A stretch of 64,000 nt of DNA from Bacteroidales bacterium (GTDB lineage: Bacteria; Bacteroidota; Bacteroidia; Bacteroidales; VadinHA17), in contig JAJFVL010000049.1 in the NCBI GenBank assembly GCA_021371855.1, forward strand, positions 70,226 through 134,225, given 5' to 3'. The position numbers were made by a program, and so were the translations under genes. Below the pieces are notes generated by a model. It was not told the DNA's origin. It ran no database searches and was given only the letters and a program-made list of their open reading frames with translations. Of the stretch, positions 56,188 to 64,000 are shown piece after piece. How positions within the stretch are numbered: position 1 is the first letter of the stretch; each line of letters begins with the position of its first letter.

Positions 56188-56616
56188 ATGACAATCAACG
56201 AAGTACAGGATAAGATTATTGACGAGTTTTCTATGTTTGATGACTGGATGGATAAGTACAGCCTTCTTATTGATCTTGGGAAAGAATTACCGGTCATTGA
56301 TCCGAAGTTCAAAACAAAAGATTTTCTTATCGAAGGGTGTCAGTCGAAGGTATGGCTTCATCCTTATTATGATGGCAACAAAATAACTTTCACTGCTGAC
56401 AGCGATGCAATAATAACAAGAGGCATTGTTGGTCTTCTTATTAAAGTATTATCAGACAGGACGCCGGAAGAAATATTATCTGCGGATCTTTATTTCATTG
56501 AAAAAATAGGTCTTCGACAAAATCTTTCTCCCACTCGTTCAAACGGTCTTCTTTCAATGGTACGCCAGATCAAGCTTTATGCTATGGCTTATGATGCAAT
56601 AAAAAATAATTTGTAA
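56188..56616 (+). CDS. sufE: Sulfur acceptor SufE
   Basis: 142 aa with the EGCQSKVWL active-site cysteine motif. Confidence 0.9.
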   Translation: MTINEVQDKIIDEFSMFDDWMDKYSLLIDLGKELPVIDPKFKTKDFLIEGCQSKVWLHPYYDGNKITFTADSDAIITRGIVGLLIKVLSDRTPEEILSADLYFIEKIGLRQNLSPTRSNGLLSMVRQIKLYAMAYDAIKNNL

Positions 56617-56617
56617 T

Positions 56618-56938
56618 ATGGACCCGGCTGAAAAACTGGAAATTGAGACCAGGATCGGAGAAGTTCTGAAAAGTATTTTTGATCCGGAAATCCCCGTGAA
56701 CATTTATGACCTTGGACTCATATATGAGATCAATGTCGATGATGATCATATTGCTCATATAACAATGACATTGACAGCTCCTAACTGCCCTATGGCTCAG
56801 GACCTTGTTGAAGAGGTAAAATACAAGGTGGTTGGCACCAGAGGCGTAAAGGACATTGACCTGAAACTGACTTTCAATCCTCCCTGGGATAAAAGTATGC
56901 TTAGCGATGCAGCCAAACTTGAACTGGGATTTCTTTAG
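56618..56938 (+). CDS. DUF59 / SufT-like Fe-S assembly protein
   Basis: 106 aa with DPEIPVNIYDLGLIY and TLTAPNCPMA, the motifs of the MIP18/DUF59 family. Confidence 0.85.
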   Translation: MDPAEKLEIETRIGEVLKSIFDPEIPVNIYDLGLIYEINVDDDHIAHITMTLTAPNCPMAQDLVEEVKYKVVGTRGVKDIDLKLTFNPPWDKSMLSDAAKLELGFL

Positions 56939-56950
56939 AATTATTGTCCT

Positions 56951-57895
56951 ATGACCGATACCGGAGATAAGGCCATTTCATTACTCATAAAGGAGAAAGC
57001 TTATAACATGGGCTTTGATCTTTGTGGTATAGCTCCTGCAAGGATTCTTGAAGAACATGAATCCATTATAAAAAGCTGGTGTTCTTCAGGCATGAACGGA
57101 ATGATCACCTATCTGGGTCAAAATATTAAAAAAAGAATTAATCCCGCTCTACAGGTCCCGGGTGCAAAATCAGTTATAGTTACAGGATTAAATTACTATG
57201 CGGATAAAAAGCAGGGTGGCGATGGTATTCCAGTTATATCCAGGTACGCCTATGGCAAAGATTATCATGAAGTAATTAAAGGGAAACTTAACGAAATCCT
57301 GGATTATATCTTAATCCTCAATCCGGGAGCAAAAGGGAAATGTTTTGTCGATTCATCAAGTGTTCTTGAAAAAGCCTGGGCCAGAGAGGCCGGATTGGGT
57401 TGGCCTGGCCGGCATTCCATCCTTATAAACAAAAATATTGGATCCTTCTTTTTTCTGGGTGTCATCATGCTTGATATCGTTGTGGACTATGATGAACCTG
57501 TCCGTGAAGATCATTGTGGTAAATGCAGGTTATGCATCGATTCGTGTCCTACAGGTGCAATAAATGAAAACCGTACATTAGATGTAAGAAAGTGCATTGC
57601 ATATCTGACTATCGAAAGCAAAAATCCTGTTCCCGAGGATATTATTCCTAAAATGGGAGGAAGAATTTATGGTTGTGACAAATGTCAGGAGGTCTGCCCA
57701 TGGAACGAGAATGCGAAACCAAACAGGACCCTGGAATTTCAGATTTCTGATGGACTGAAAAAGATGACGACTGAAGATTGGCTCAACCTCACCAGTGAGC
57801 AGTTTGACAGGCTTTTTAAAAATACACCGGTCAGGAGAAGGACCTATGAACGGTTTATGAGAAATATAACATCTGTTACAAAATCTGATTCTTAA
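56951..57895 (+). CDS. queG: Epoxyqueuosine reductase
   Basis: 314 aa with two ferredoxin-type clusters (CGKCRLCIDSCPTGAI, GCDKCQEVCPWN) and the QueG N-terminal domain. Confidence 0.9.
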   Translation: MTDTGDKAISLLIKEKAYNMGFDLCGIAPARILEEHESIIKSWCSSGMNGMITYLGQNIKKRINPALQVPGAKSVIVTGLNYYADKKQGGDGIPVISRYAYGKDYHEVIKGKLNEILDYILILNPGAKGKCFVDSSSVLEKAWAREAGLGWPGRHSILINKNIGSFFFLGVIMLDIVVDYDEPVREDHCGKCRLCIDSCPTGAINENRTLDVRKCIAYLTIESKNPVPEDIIPKMGGRIYGCDKCQEVCPWNENAKPNRTLEFQISDGLKKMTTEDWLNLTSEQFDRLFKNTPVRRRTYERFMRNITSVTKSDS

Positions 57896-58121
57896 AAATA
57901 ATCTTCTCTCCTTAACCTCTACAAGGTAAAAATTCATGGTATTACATTTCTGCTACAATGGTTAATCGCCTGCGGCAAATGGCAAATTTATCATAATTTT
58001 ATACTGTATAAGGGATAAGGAGGCTAACCTCTGCGATTAATAAAATTTTAGCTTAATTATTCTTCCATTTTTCTTACCTTGTTGTTTATTTGATGTATTA
58101 TAAATACAACACCACATGATT

Positions 58122-58250
58122 GATCCGAATCACAACCGAACCGCCAACCGGCGGTGAGCTCAGCAAAGCTAAACATGAATGAAAATAATTCATCCTCAAC
58201 CGATCCCGACTTGTCGGGAGAGCTCAATGAAGTTAATCACGTGCGATTCC
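58122..58250 (+). other. Nested-hairpin element (candidate structured RNA or leader) upstream of the lipoprotein gene
   Basis: Hairpins are CCGCC-AACC-GGCGG (58141-58154), ATGAAT-GAAAATA-ATTCAT (58175-58193) and TCCCGA-CTTG-TCGGGA (58204-58219). The last two are enclosed by TGAGCTC/GAGCTCA (58155-58161 / 58220-58226). An outer pairing GAATCAC/GTGCGATTC is possible. A CAACC motif occurs four times. Confidence 0.3.
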
Positions 58251-58278
58251 AGCCAACCTTAAAAATAAATCATAACGG

Positions 58279-59331
58279 ATGAAAAGAAAATCATTTAAAC
58301 TGATTGTTTCAATGATCATTATGGTAGCAGCATCATGTGATGAACCGGTAACTGTTGTGACTAACTATGTCCATCGTGATGGATCTGTTACCAGAAAGAT
58401 TGAAATGAGAAATAAGGAAGACAAATTTAAACTATCAACCCTGCAGGTACCGTTCGACAGCACATGGATTGTAAAAGATTTCATCGAGATTAGTGTTAAG
58501 GGTGATACGACGTGGATTAAGTGTGCAGAGAAATTGTTTAAAAATGTGGACGAGATCAACTTAACTTATAAAAATGATCTGGGAGCCAACAAAGGAATTT
58601 CGAGAAAGGCCGGATTTCAAAAGAGATTCAAATGGTTTAATACCCAATACCGGTTTTCAGAAACAATTGATAAAAAGCTGGATTTTGGATATCCTTTAAC
58701 CAAATTCCTGAATGAAGAGGAGCTATTCTATTTTTATTCACCTGAAAATGTGCGGGATGCGATGCAATTTAGCCAGGACAGCTTAAAATACAAGGCTTTA
58801 AATGATTCTGTCAGTAACAAAGTTGAGACATGGGCAATCAAAAATCTGGTTTCGGGCTGGATTGATGAATTTTCAAAACTTGCACAGGAGAAGGATGGGA
58901 GCCACCCACTGCTGGATACCCTGAAATCGAGGGAGGATGAACTGGCCGGACTGTTAAATTTAAATGATGAAAAATTTGATAGTCTGTGGGAGAATGGGAT
59001 TATTTTAAAAGAATATCTTGGCGAAGCTGATTATAAGAAATTCAAGTCAGAAGCTGATACTGCAGCTGTAAATGTTGCGGAGCAGTTCTGGGTTAATTTC
59101 TCAGGTTATTCAGTCAGAATATCAATGCCGGGAAAGGTGATCGGCTCCAATGGTTTCATTGATAGCAGCAAAGTATTGCTGTGGCCTGTGAAATCTGATT
59201 ATTTTTTAACTCAACCTTATGTTATGTGGGCTGAGTCGAGGATCCCTAACAGATGGGCATGGATCGTATCAGGGCTGCTCTCTTTGTTTGTAATTTCAAG
59301 TATGATTATAAAGCTTAAGAAAAAAGGCTGA
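58279..59331 (+). CDS. Hypothetical lipoprotein with a C-terminal transmembrane anchor
   Basis: 350 aa. It has a lipobox-like N-terminus (MIIMVAASC), a soluble middle with no motif I recognise, and a hydrophobic C-terminus WAWIVSGLLSLFVISSMII followed by KLKKKG. Confidence 0.7.
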   Translation: MKRKSFKLIVSMIIMVAASCDEPVTVVTNYVHRDGSVTRKIEMRNKEDKFKLSTLQVPFDSTWIVKDFIEISVKGDTTWIKCAEKLFKNVDEINLTYKNDLGANKGISRKAGFQKRFKWFNTQYRFSETIDKKLDFGYPLTKFLNEEELFYFYSPENVRDAMQFSQDSLKYKALNDSVSNKVETWAIKNLVSGWIDEFSKLAQEKDGSHPLLDTLKSREDELAGLLNLNDEKFDSLWENGIILKEYLGEADYKKFKSEADTAAVNVAEQFWVNFSGYSVRISMPGKVIGSNGFIDSSKVLLWPVKSDYFLTQPYVMWAESRIPNRWAWIVSGLLSLFVISSMIIKLKKKG

Positions 59332-59392
59332 TCAATTCAGCCTTACTGCAAATGTGAAATTGCTGTAATGCATTTTGCTGGTCGTGCAGTTA

Positions 59393-59905
59393 TCAGGTGT
59401 AATCTTTTAATTTCAGCATCAGTTTCTGGCGCGAAAAGAAAATTCTGCTTTTAACCGTACCGATTTTCAATCCGAGTTTATCGGCAATCTCCTTATATTT
59501 ATAACCTTCTATATGCATTCTGAATGGAATTCTGAATTCATCATGCAATGAGTCAATAGCTTTTTCTATTTCATTCTCTGCATAGTCAGATTCCGGAGAA
59601 ATATATCCTTTATCACCTGGTTGGTTGAGGTAATACAGATCTTGAGTCCTGTCAATAATTGTGTACCCTTTTGCATCCCTCCGGTAGTTATTTATAAAGG
59701 TATTTTTCATAATCGTGAAAACCCATGCTTTCAGATTGGTATAGTCGACGAATTTGTCTTTGTATGTTATGGCTTTGACATAAGTATCCTGTACAAGATC
59801 CTGAGCAGTTTCACGATCGGATGTGAGGCTCATTGCAAACCTGTGAAGATTGGTCTTCATTCCGATAAGGTTGTTGTTGAATTCAAATTGTGTCATATTG
59901 CTCAT
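59393..59905 (-). CDS. ECF-type RNA polymerase sigma-70 factor
   Basis: Region 2 (DLVQDTYVKA...AWVFTIMKNTFINNYRR) and the region 4 helix-turn-helix (YKEIADKLGLKIGTVKSRIFFSRQKL). The start is likely ATG 59905 or 59896 rather than 60001. Confidence 0.88.
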   Translation of the reverse strand: MSNMTQFEFNNNLIGMKTNLHRFAMSLTSDRETAQDLVQDTYVKAITYKDKFVDYTNLKAWVFTIMKNTFINNYRRDAKGYTIIDRTQDLYYLNQPGDKGYISPESDYAENEIEKAIDSLHDEFRIPFRMHIEGYKYKEIADKLGLKIGTVKSRIFFSRQKLMLKLKDYT

Positions 59906-60297
59906 ATTTATTATGTTGAGACAAATGTACACAGATAAAAAAAGATAAACAAATCTTAATATCTTAAAATCGTTAAATATCAAATTTATTCTAAATAACA
60001 TGAATTTATAATAAGCTGTTATTCAGTGTTATATTGTGTTATTTCAGAGCTTTTTCTAAATATTATACAAATTATAATACATAGATATATGGCTTCGTTC
60101 TGAATATAATCGGACAGATTTAACTTTCACCACCCTGACCGAAGCGTAAGGGGGAAGAAGTCTGTTTACATTCTATACAACCATGTAATAGTAAAGCTAA
60201 GTGTGTATAAATACTGAAAACATATGGGTTTTATCATATATGGGATTATGGCCTATCGGTTATTTGTCCGGTTTTCGTATTTTTAAAGAAAAATTGC

Positions 60298-61119
60298 ATG
60301 GATTTTAATGTTAAGCTGAGCAACGGACAAGTTTTGAACGGGATAATTCAAAGCCCCGGGGAAAATGCGAAGGGTGTAATAATATTAATACATGGTCTTG
60401 GCGAGCATATACGCCGTTATAATCATTGGGCCGGTCTATTTAATAAATCGGGGATAGGATTTGCAGGAGTTGATCTTCCTGGTCACGGCCGGTCTGATGG
60501 CAGAAGAGGGGATATTAAAAACTATGCTCTGCTTGACGAAATGATTGACATTCTTCTATATAGTTGCAAACAGACTTTCCCCGGAATTCCTCTTTATATC
60601 TATGGGCACAGTTTGGGAGGGGGAATAGTTCTGAATTATATTCTGCGCAGAAATCCCGAAATTAAAGGGGCAATAGTTACATCTCCATGGCTTCGTTTAT
60701 CATTTGAGCCATCAAGAGTTAAGCTTATTATGGCTTCTGTAATGAAGAATCTGGTTCCGGGTCTCGTACAGTCATCAGGGCTAAACGTAAGCCATATATC
60801 ACACAATAAAGATACTGTTGAGAAATATGAAACAGATCCTCTTGTTCACGGAAAAATATCCGTAAGCCTTTTCCATGGGGCAATGACAGCTGCAAAATAT
60901 TCGCTTTCACATGCCTCAGAGCTTAAGGTCAGAACACTTATTCTCCATGGAAGTGATGATCAGATAACTTCTCCCGAAGGAAGCCGGGAATTTGCTGAAA
61001 AAACAGACATGGCTGAACTGATGATTTTCAATGGAGGTTATCATGAGCTTCATAATGAACCATTTAAAGATGATGTATTCATCTATATACTGAACTGGAT
61101 GAACAGAAGGCATACTTAA
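60298..61119 (+). CDS. Alpha/beta hydrolase (lysophospholipase / monoacylglycerol-lipase-like)
   Basis: 273 aa with HGLGEH, the nucleophile elbow GHSLGG, and the late Asp/His region (HGSDDQI, YHELHNE). Confidence 0.85.
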   Translation: MDFNVKLSNGQVLNGIIQSPGENAKGVIILIHGLGEHIRRYNHWAGLFNKSGIGFAGVDLPGHGRSDGRRGDIKNYALLDEMIDILLYSCKQTFPGIPLYIYGHSLGGGIVLNYILRRNPEIKGAIVTSPWLRLSFEPSRVKLIMASVMKNLVPGLVQSSGLNVSHISHNKDTVEKYETDPLVHGKISVSLFHGAMTAAKYSLSHASELKVRTLILHGSDDQITSPEGSREFAEKTDMAELMIFNGGYHELHNEPFKDDVFIYILNWMNRRHT

Positions 61120-61141
61120 AACCTATTATTTTTTGAGAATC

Positions 61142-62128
61142 ATGGAACTCAGGACAATTGTTAATATTGAACCATCACGGCAAAAAATCAGTTATAATGA
61201 TCATGTAATGTTCATAGGATCGTGTTTTGCATCATCAATCGGGATGCAGATGGAGATGGGGCGTATGCCTGTGATGATAAATCCGTCCGGAGCAGTTTAC
61301 AATCCTGTTTCGGTTTGCAACACGCTGGATTCTATAACATCCGGAAAGACGTTTACCATGGATGACTTGTATAATAATAATGGGACCTGGCTTAGTTTTT
61401 ATCATTACACTGATTTTTCATCGGATGATCCTGTTAAAGTCCTTGAAAAGATCAACAGTAAATCGGAAAAAGCTCTGAAATTTTTAAAAAGTGCAGGTTT
61501 TTTATTCATAACATTAGGAACTGCAAGGATTTACAGGTGGAAGAAAACGGGGATGATAGTATCAAACTGCCATAAGATTCCCGCTGACCAGTTTGAGCCG
61601 GGAATGCTGACTGTAAATGAAATAGTGACTTTATGGACCAACCAGCTCGACAGATTACATTCGCTTTTCCCTGAATTGAGATTTGTCTTCACTATCAGTC
61701 CGGTCAGGCACTGGAAAGATGGGGCTCATGGTAACCAGGTAAGTAAATCAGTGTTATTCATTGCGGTGGAGGAGCTGCTTAAGCATTCAGTCTCTCCAGA
61801 ATATTTTCCTGCTTATGAATTGGTTATGGACGATCTTCGCGATTACAGGTTCTATAATGAAGATATGCTTCATCCATCATCCGTGGCAGTCAACTATATA
61901 TGGAATGCATTTTCAGAATGTTATATGGATAAGAACACTTTGAATAACTGGAATAAGGTGGTTAAGATAACCAAAGCCTGTAACCACCGTCTCAATACCG
62001 ATTCTGCCAGTAAAATAAATGATTTCGTTAAGCATATGCTAAAACAGATTTCTGATGCCGAAAACAAGATCCCCGGTATTGATCTTTCAAACGAAAAGGA
62101 TTATTTTCAGGATATCCTAAACAAGTAA
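61142..62128 (+). CDS. GSCFA-domain protein
   Basis: The eponymous GSCFA motif (FIGSCFASSIG) is near the N-terminus, and the size fits the family. I prefer ATG 61142 over TTG 61133. Confidence 0.85.
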   Translation: MELRTIVNIEPSRQKISYNDHVMFIGSCFASSIGMQMEMGRMPVMINPSGAVYNPVSVCNTLDSITSGKTFTMDDLYNNNGTWLSFYHYTDFSSDDPVKVLEKINSKSEKALKFLKSAGFLFITLGTARIYRWKKTGMIVSNCHKIPADQFEPGMLTVNEIVTLWTNQLDRLHSLFPELRFVFTISPVRHWKDGAHGNQVSKSVLFIAVEELLKHSVSPEYFPAYELVMDDLRDYRFYNEDMLHPSSVAVNYIWNAFSECYMDKNTLNNWNKVVKITKACNHRLNTDSASKINDFVKHMLKQISDAENKIPGIDLSNEKDYFQDILNK

Positions 62129-62195
62129 TTTTTTTTCATTTTTCTGAACAATTCCTTTTTGTTTATTGTTAACATTATTTTACAATGTAAACAGG

Positions 62196-64000
62196 ATGGG
62201 AAGAATAGTTCTGGTTTTATCTATACTTATTATAACGGCTATTGTTTCATCAGCCCAACAAAAAGCAGGTGTTATCAGAGGGCGGGTGTATAACTCAAAG
62301 ACAAACGAAGGGATCCCTTTTGCAAGTGTTGCAGTATGGGGAACAAATACCGGCTCGATGACAGATTTTGACGGCAATTTTCTTTTTACAGGCCTTAACC
62401 CGGGTTTTATTGAACTCAGAGTATCTTCAATCGGTTTCAAACCTTATATTTCAGGTGCAGTTATGGTTACAAACAGTAACAAGGTAAATATTGAAGTACC
62501 ACTGGAAGAGGCTGAAATAGGAATTGGGGAAGTGGTGGTAAAGGCTTCTCCTTTCAGAAAAAAGATAGAGACTCCGGTATCAGTAAGAATAATTGGGATA
62601 GATGAAATTGAAAAAAATCCCGGTGGCAACAGAGACATATCAAAGGTCATACAGTCCTTCCCGGGAGTGGCATCAACTCCTGCTTTCAGAAATGATGTTA
62701 TTGTTAGGGGTGGAGGTCCGAATGAGAACAGGTTCTATATTGATAATGTTGAGATTCCATATCTTAACCATTTTTCAACTCAAGGTGCGTCTGGAGGTCC
62801 GGTAGGGATAATCAATGTTGATTTTGTGCAATCGGTTGATTTTATTTCTGGTGCATTTCCTGCATCAAAAGGAAATGCGCTGAGCTCAATTCTTAATTTC
62901 ACTTTTGTCGATGGCAACAAGGAAAAGATGAAGTACAGGACCACTGTAGGGGCATCTGATCTGGGACTAACACTTGATGGCCCCGCAGGCAAAAGGGGAA
63001 CATTGCTGATGTCAGTAAGAAGATCTTACCTTCAATATCTGTTCAGTGCTCTTGAACTCCCGTTTCTCCCGACGTACACTGACTTCCAGTTCAAATACAA
63101 GTTGCGTCTTGATCCCAAGAATGAACTTACGTTAATCGGACTTGGGGCAAAAGATGATTTCAGTCTGAATCTGAAAGCTAATGATACAGAATACCAGCGT
63201 TACATTCTAGATTACATTCCGGTTCAGGAGCAATACAGCTACATCACGGGTTTGGTATACAAACACTATAGAGACACAGGTTATGATACATGGGTGCTTA
63301 GCCGGAACTATCTTAACAACTCCCAGTATAAGTATTTAAACAATATTGAAACCGACACGACCCTGACATTAGATTATTTATCAGGTGAGGGAGAGATTAA
63401 AACCCGGTATGAAAGTACTGTTATCGGGGAGAAAGGATTCAGGTTGAGTTATGGAGTGGGATACGAATATGCTCATTACAGAAACTCTACCTACAGACGT
63501 GTTTTTTACGGAGGCCAGGATAATGAAATTATTTATGATATTAATCTGAAAATGGGTAAGTTCAGTGCTTTCGGACAGGTAAGCCGGTCATATCTGAATG
63601 AGAAACTTAGCCTCTCTTTTGGACTGAGGACTGATTTAAACAATTACTCTTCTTCAATGTCAAATCCTGTAAAACAACTCTCTCCAAGATTTTCGGCCTC
63701 TTATGCGCTAACTGACAAAATGAATCTTAATTTCAATACAGGCCGCTATTATCAGCTTCCACCATATACTGCACTTGGTTTCTCCAATAAAAATGGATTA
63801 TTCATAAATAAACAGAACAATTTAAGTTATATATCAGTTGATCATTTTGTAGCCGGGATTGAGCTGATACCTTCTGAAAATTTTCAGATAACACTTGAAA
63901 GTTTTTACAAGAATTACCAGAATTATCCATTTTCAGTAAGAGATTCAGTTCCATTGTCAAGCAAGAGTGCCGGTTATGGCATATTTGGCGATGAAGAACT
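62196..64000 (+). CDS. TonB-dependent receptor with an N-terminal CarboxypepD_reg domain (3' end outside window)
   Basis: This ORF is absent from the supplied track because it runs off the window end. Hand translation from ATG 62196 gives MGRIVLVLSILIITAIVSSAQQ (signal), GRVYNSKTNEGIPFASVAVWGT...TDFDGNFLFTGL (carboxypeptidase-regulatory fold) and a plug region (GVASTPAFRNDVIVRGGGPNENRFYIDNVEI), then beta-barrel-like sequence that stays open to nt 64000. Confidence 0.85.
   Translation, partial: MGRIVLVLSILIITAIVSSAQQKAGVIRGRVYNSKTNEGIPFASVAVWGTNTGSMTDFDGNFLFTGLNPGFIELRVSSIGFKPYISGAVMVTNSNKVNIEVPLEEAEIGIGEVVVKASPFRKKIETPVSVRIIGIDEIEKNPGGNRDISKVIQSFPGVASTPAFRNDVIVRGGGPNENRFYIDNVEIPYLNHFSTQGASGGPVGIINVDFVQSVDFISGAFPASKGNALSSILNFTFVDGNKEKMKYRTTVGASDLGLTLDGPAGKRGTLLMSVRRSYLQYLFSALELPFLPTYTDFQFKYKLRLDPKNELTLIGLGAKDDFSLNLKANDTEYQRYILDYIPVQEQYSYITGLVYKHYRDTGYDTWVLSRNYLNNSQYKYLNNIETDTTLTLDYLSGEGEIKTRYESTVIGEKGFRLSYGVGYEYAHYRNSTYRRVFYGGQDNEIIYDINLKMGKFSAFGQVSRSYLNEKLSLSFGLRTDLNNYSSSMSNPVKQLSPRFSASYALTDKMNLNFNTGRYYQLPPYTALGFSNKNGLFINKQNNLSYISVDHFVAGIELIPSENFQITLESFYKNYQNYPFSVRDSVPLSSKSAGYGIFGDEE

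Noticed and set aside
1-64000. Scan for tRNA, rRNA, tmRNA, insertion sequences, integrases and prophage genes
   Set aside because: I found no cloverleaf-compatible sequence with a GTTCGAATC-type T-arm outside coding context, no rRNA-like stretches, and no transposase or integrase translations. The only GGTTCGAAT word (about 10631) lies inside sprA.

Overview
This is a chromosomal segment from an AT-rich member of Bacteroidota. The phylum call rests on an LpxC-FabZ fusion gene, the giant type IX secretion translocon gene sprA, TTTG-N19-TAnnTTTG promoter boxes, an ECF sigma factor and a CarboxypepD_reg-type TonB-dependent receptor. Most of the window is tightly packed housekeeping. The genes are: dxr (5' partial), rseP, tatA, an MqnC/MqnE-type radical SAM gene, pepA, pdxA, ruvA, sprA, gcvH, rimP-nusA-infB, an HD hydrolase followed by lpxD, lpxC/fabZ and lpxA, thiL, yccF, a DUF4139-like gene, a nitronate-monooxygenase/FabK-like gene, an ion transporter, sufBCDSE plus a DUF59 gene, queG, an ECF sigma factor, an alpha/beta hydrolase, a GSCFA-family gene and a 3'-partial TonB-dependent receptor. 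I saw no rRNA, tRNA, CRISPR array, transposase, integrase or phage genes. The one accessory-looking region is a ~16 kb minus-strand efflux locus (24262-40243). In it, two paralogous ABC-2 modules flank a TolC / membrane-fusion / double-RND core. One RND permease is covalently fused, in a single 1591-aa ORF, to an ABC ATPase whose nucleotide-binding fold is interrupted by a four-helix membrane insertion. The other ABC-2 permease is fused to a large M1-aminopeptidase-like ectodomain that lacks the zinc motif. This RND::ABC hybrid is my best candidate for an undescribed system. Secondary observations are: a secreted protein with a 72-bp tandem repeat and a Trp/Tyr/His-rich block, a terminator-like leader hairpin upstream of rimP-nusA-infB, a nested-hairpin region or uORF upstream of an orphan lipoprotein, and low-complexity tracts bracketing the RND module. 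All calls come from reading the translations and DNA by eye; no database search or folding computation was run.
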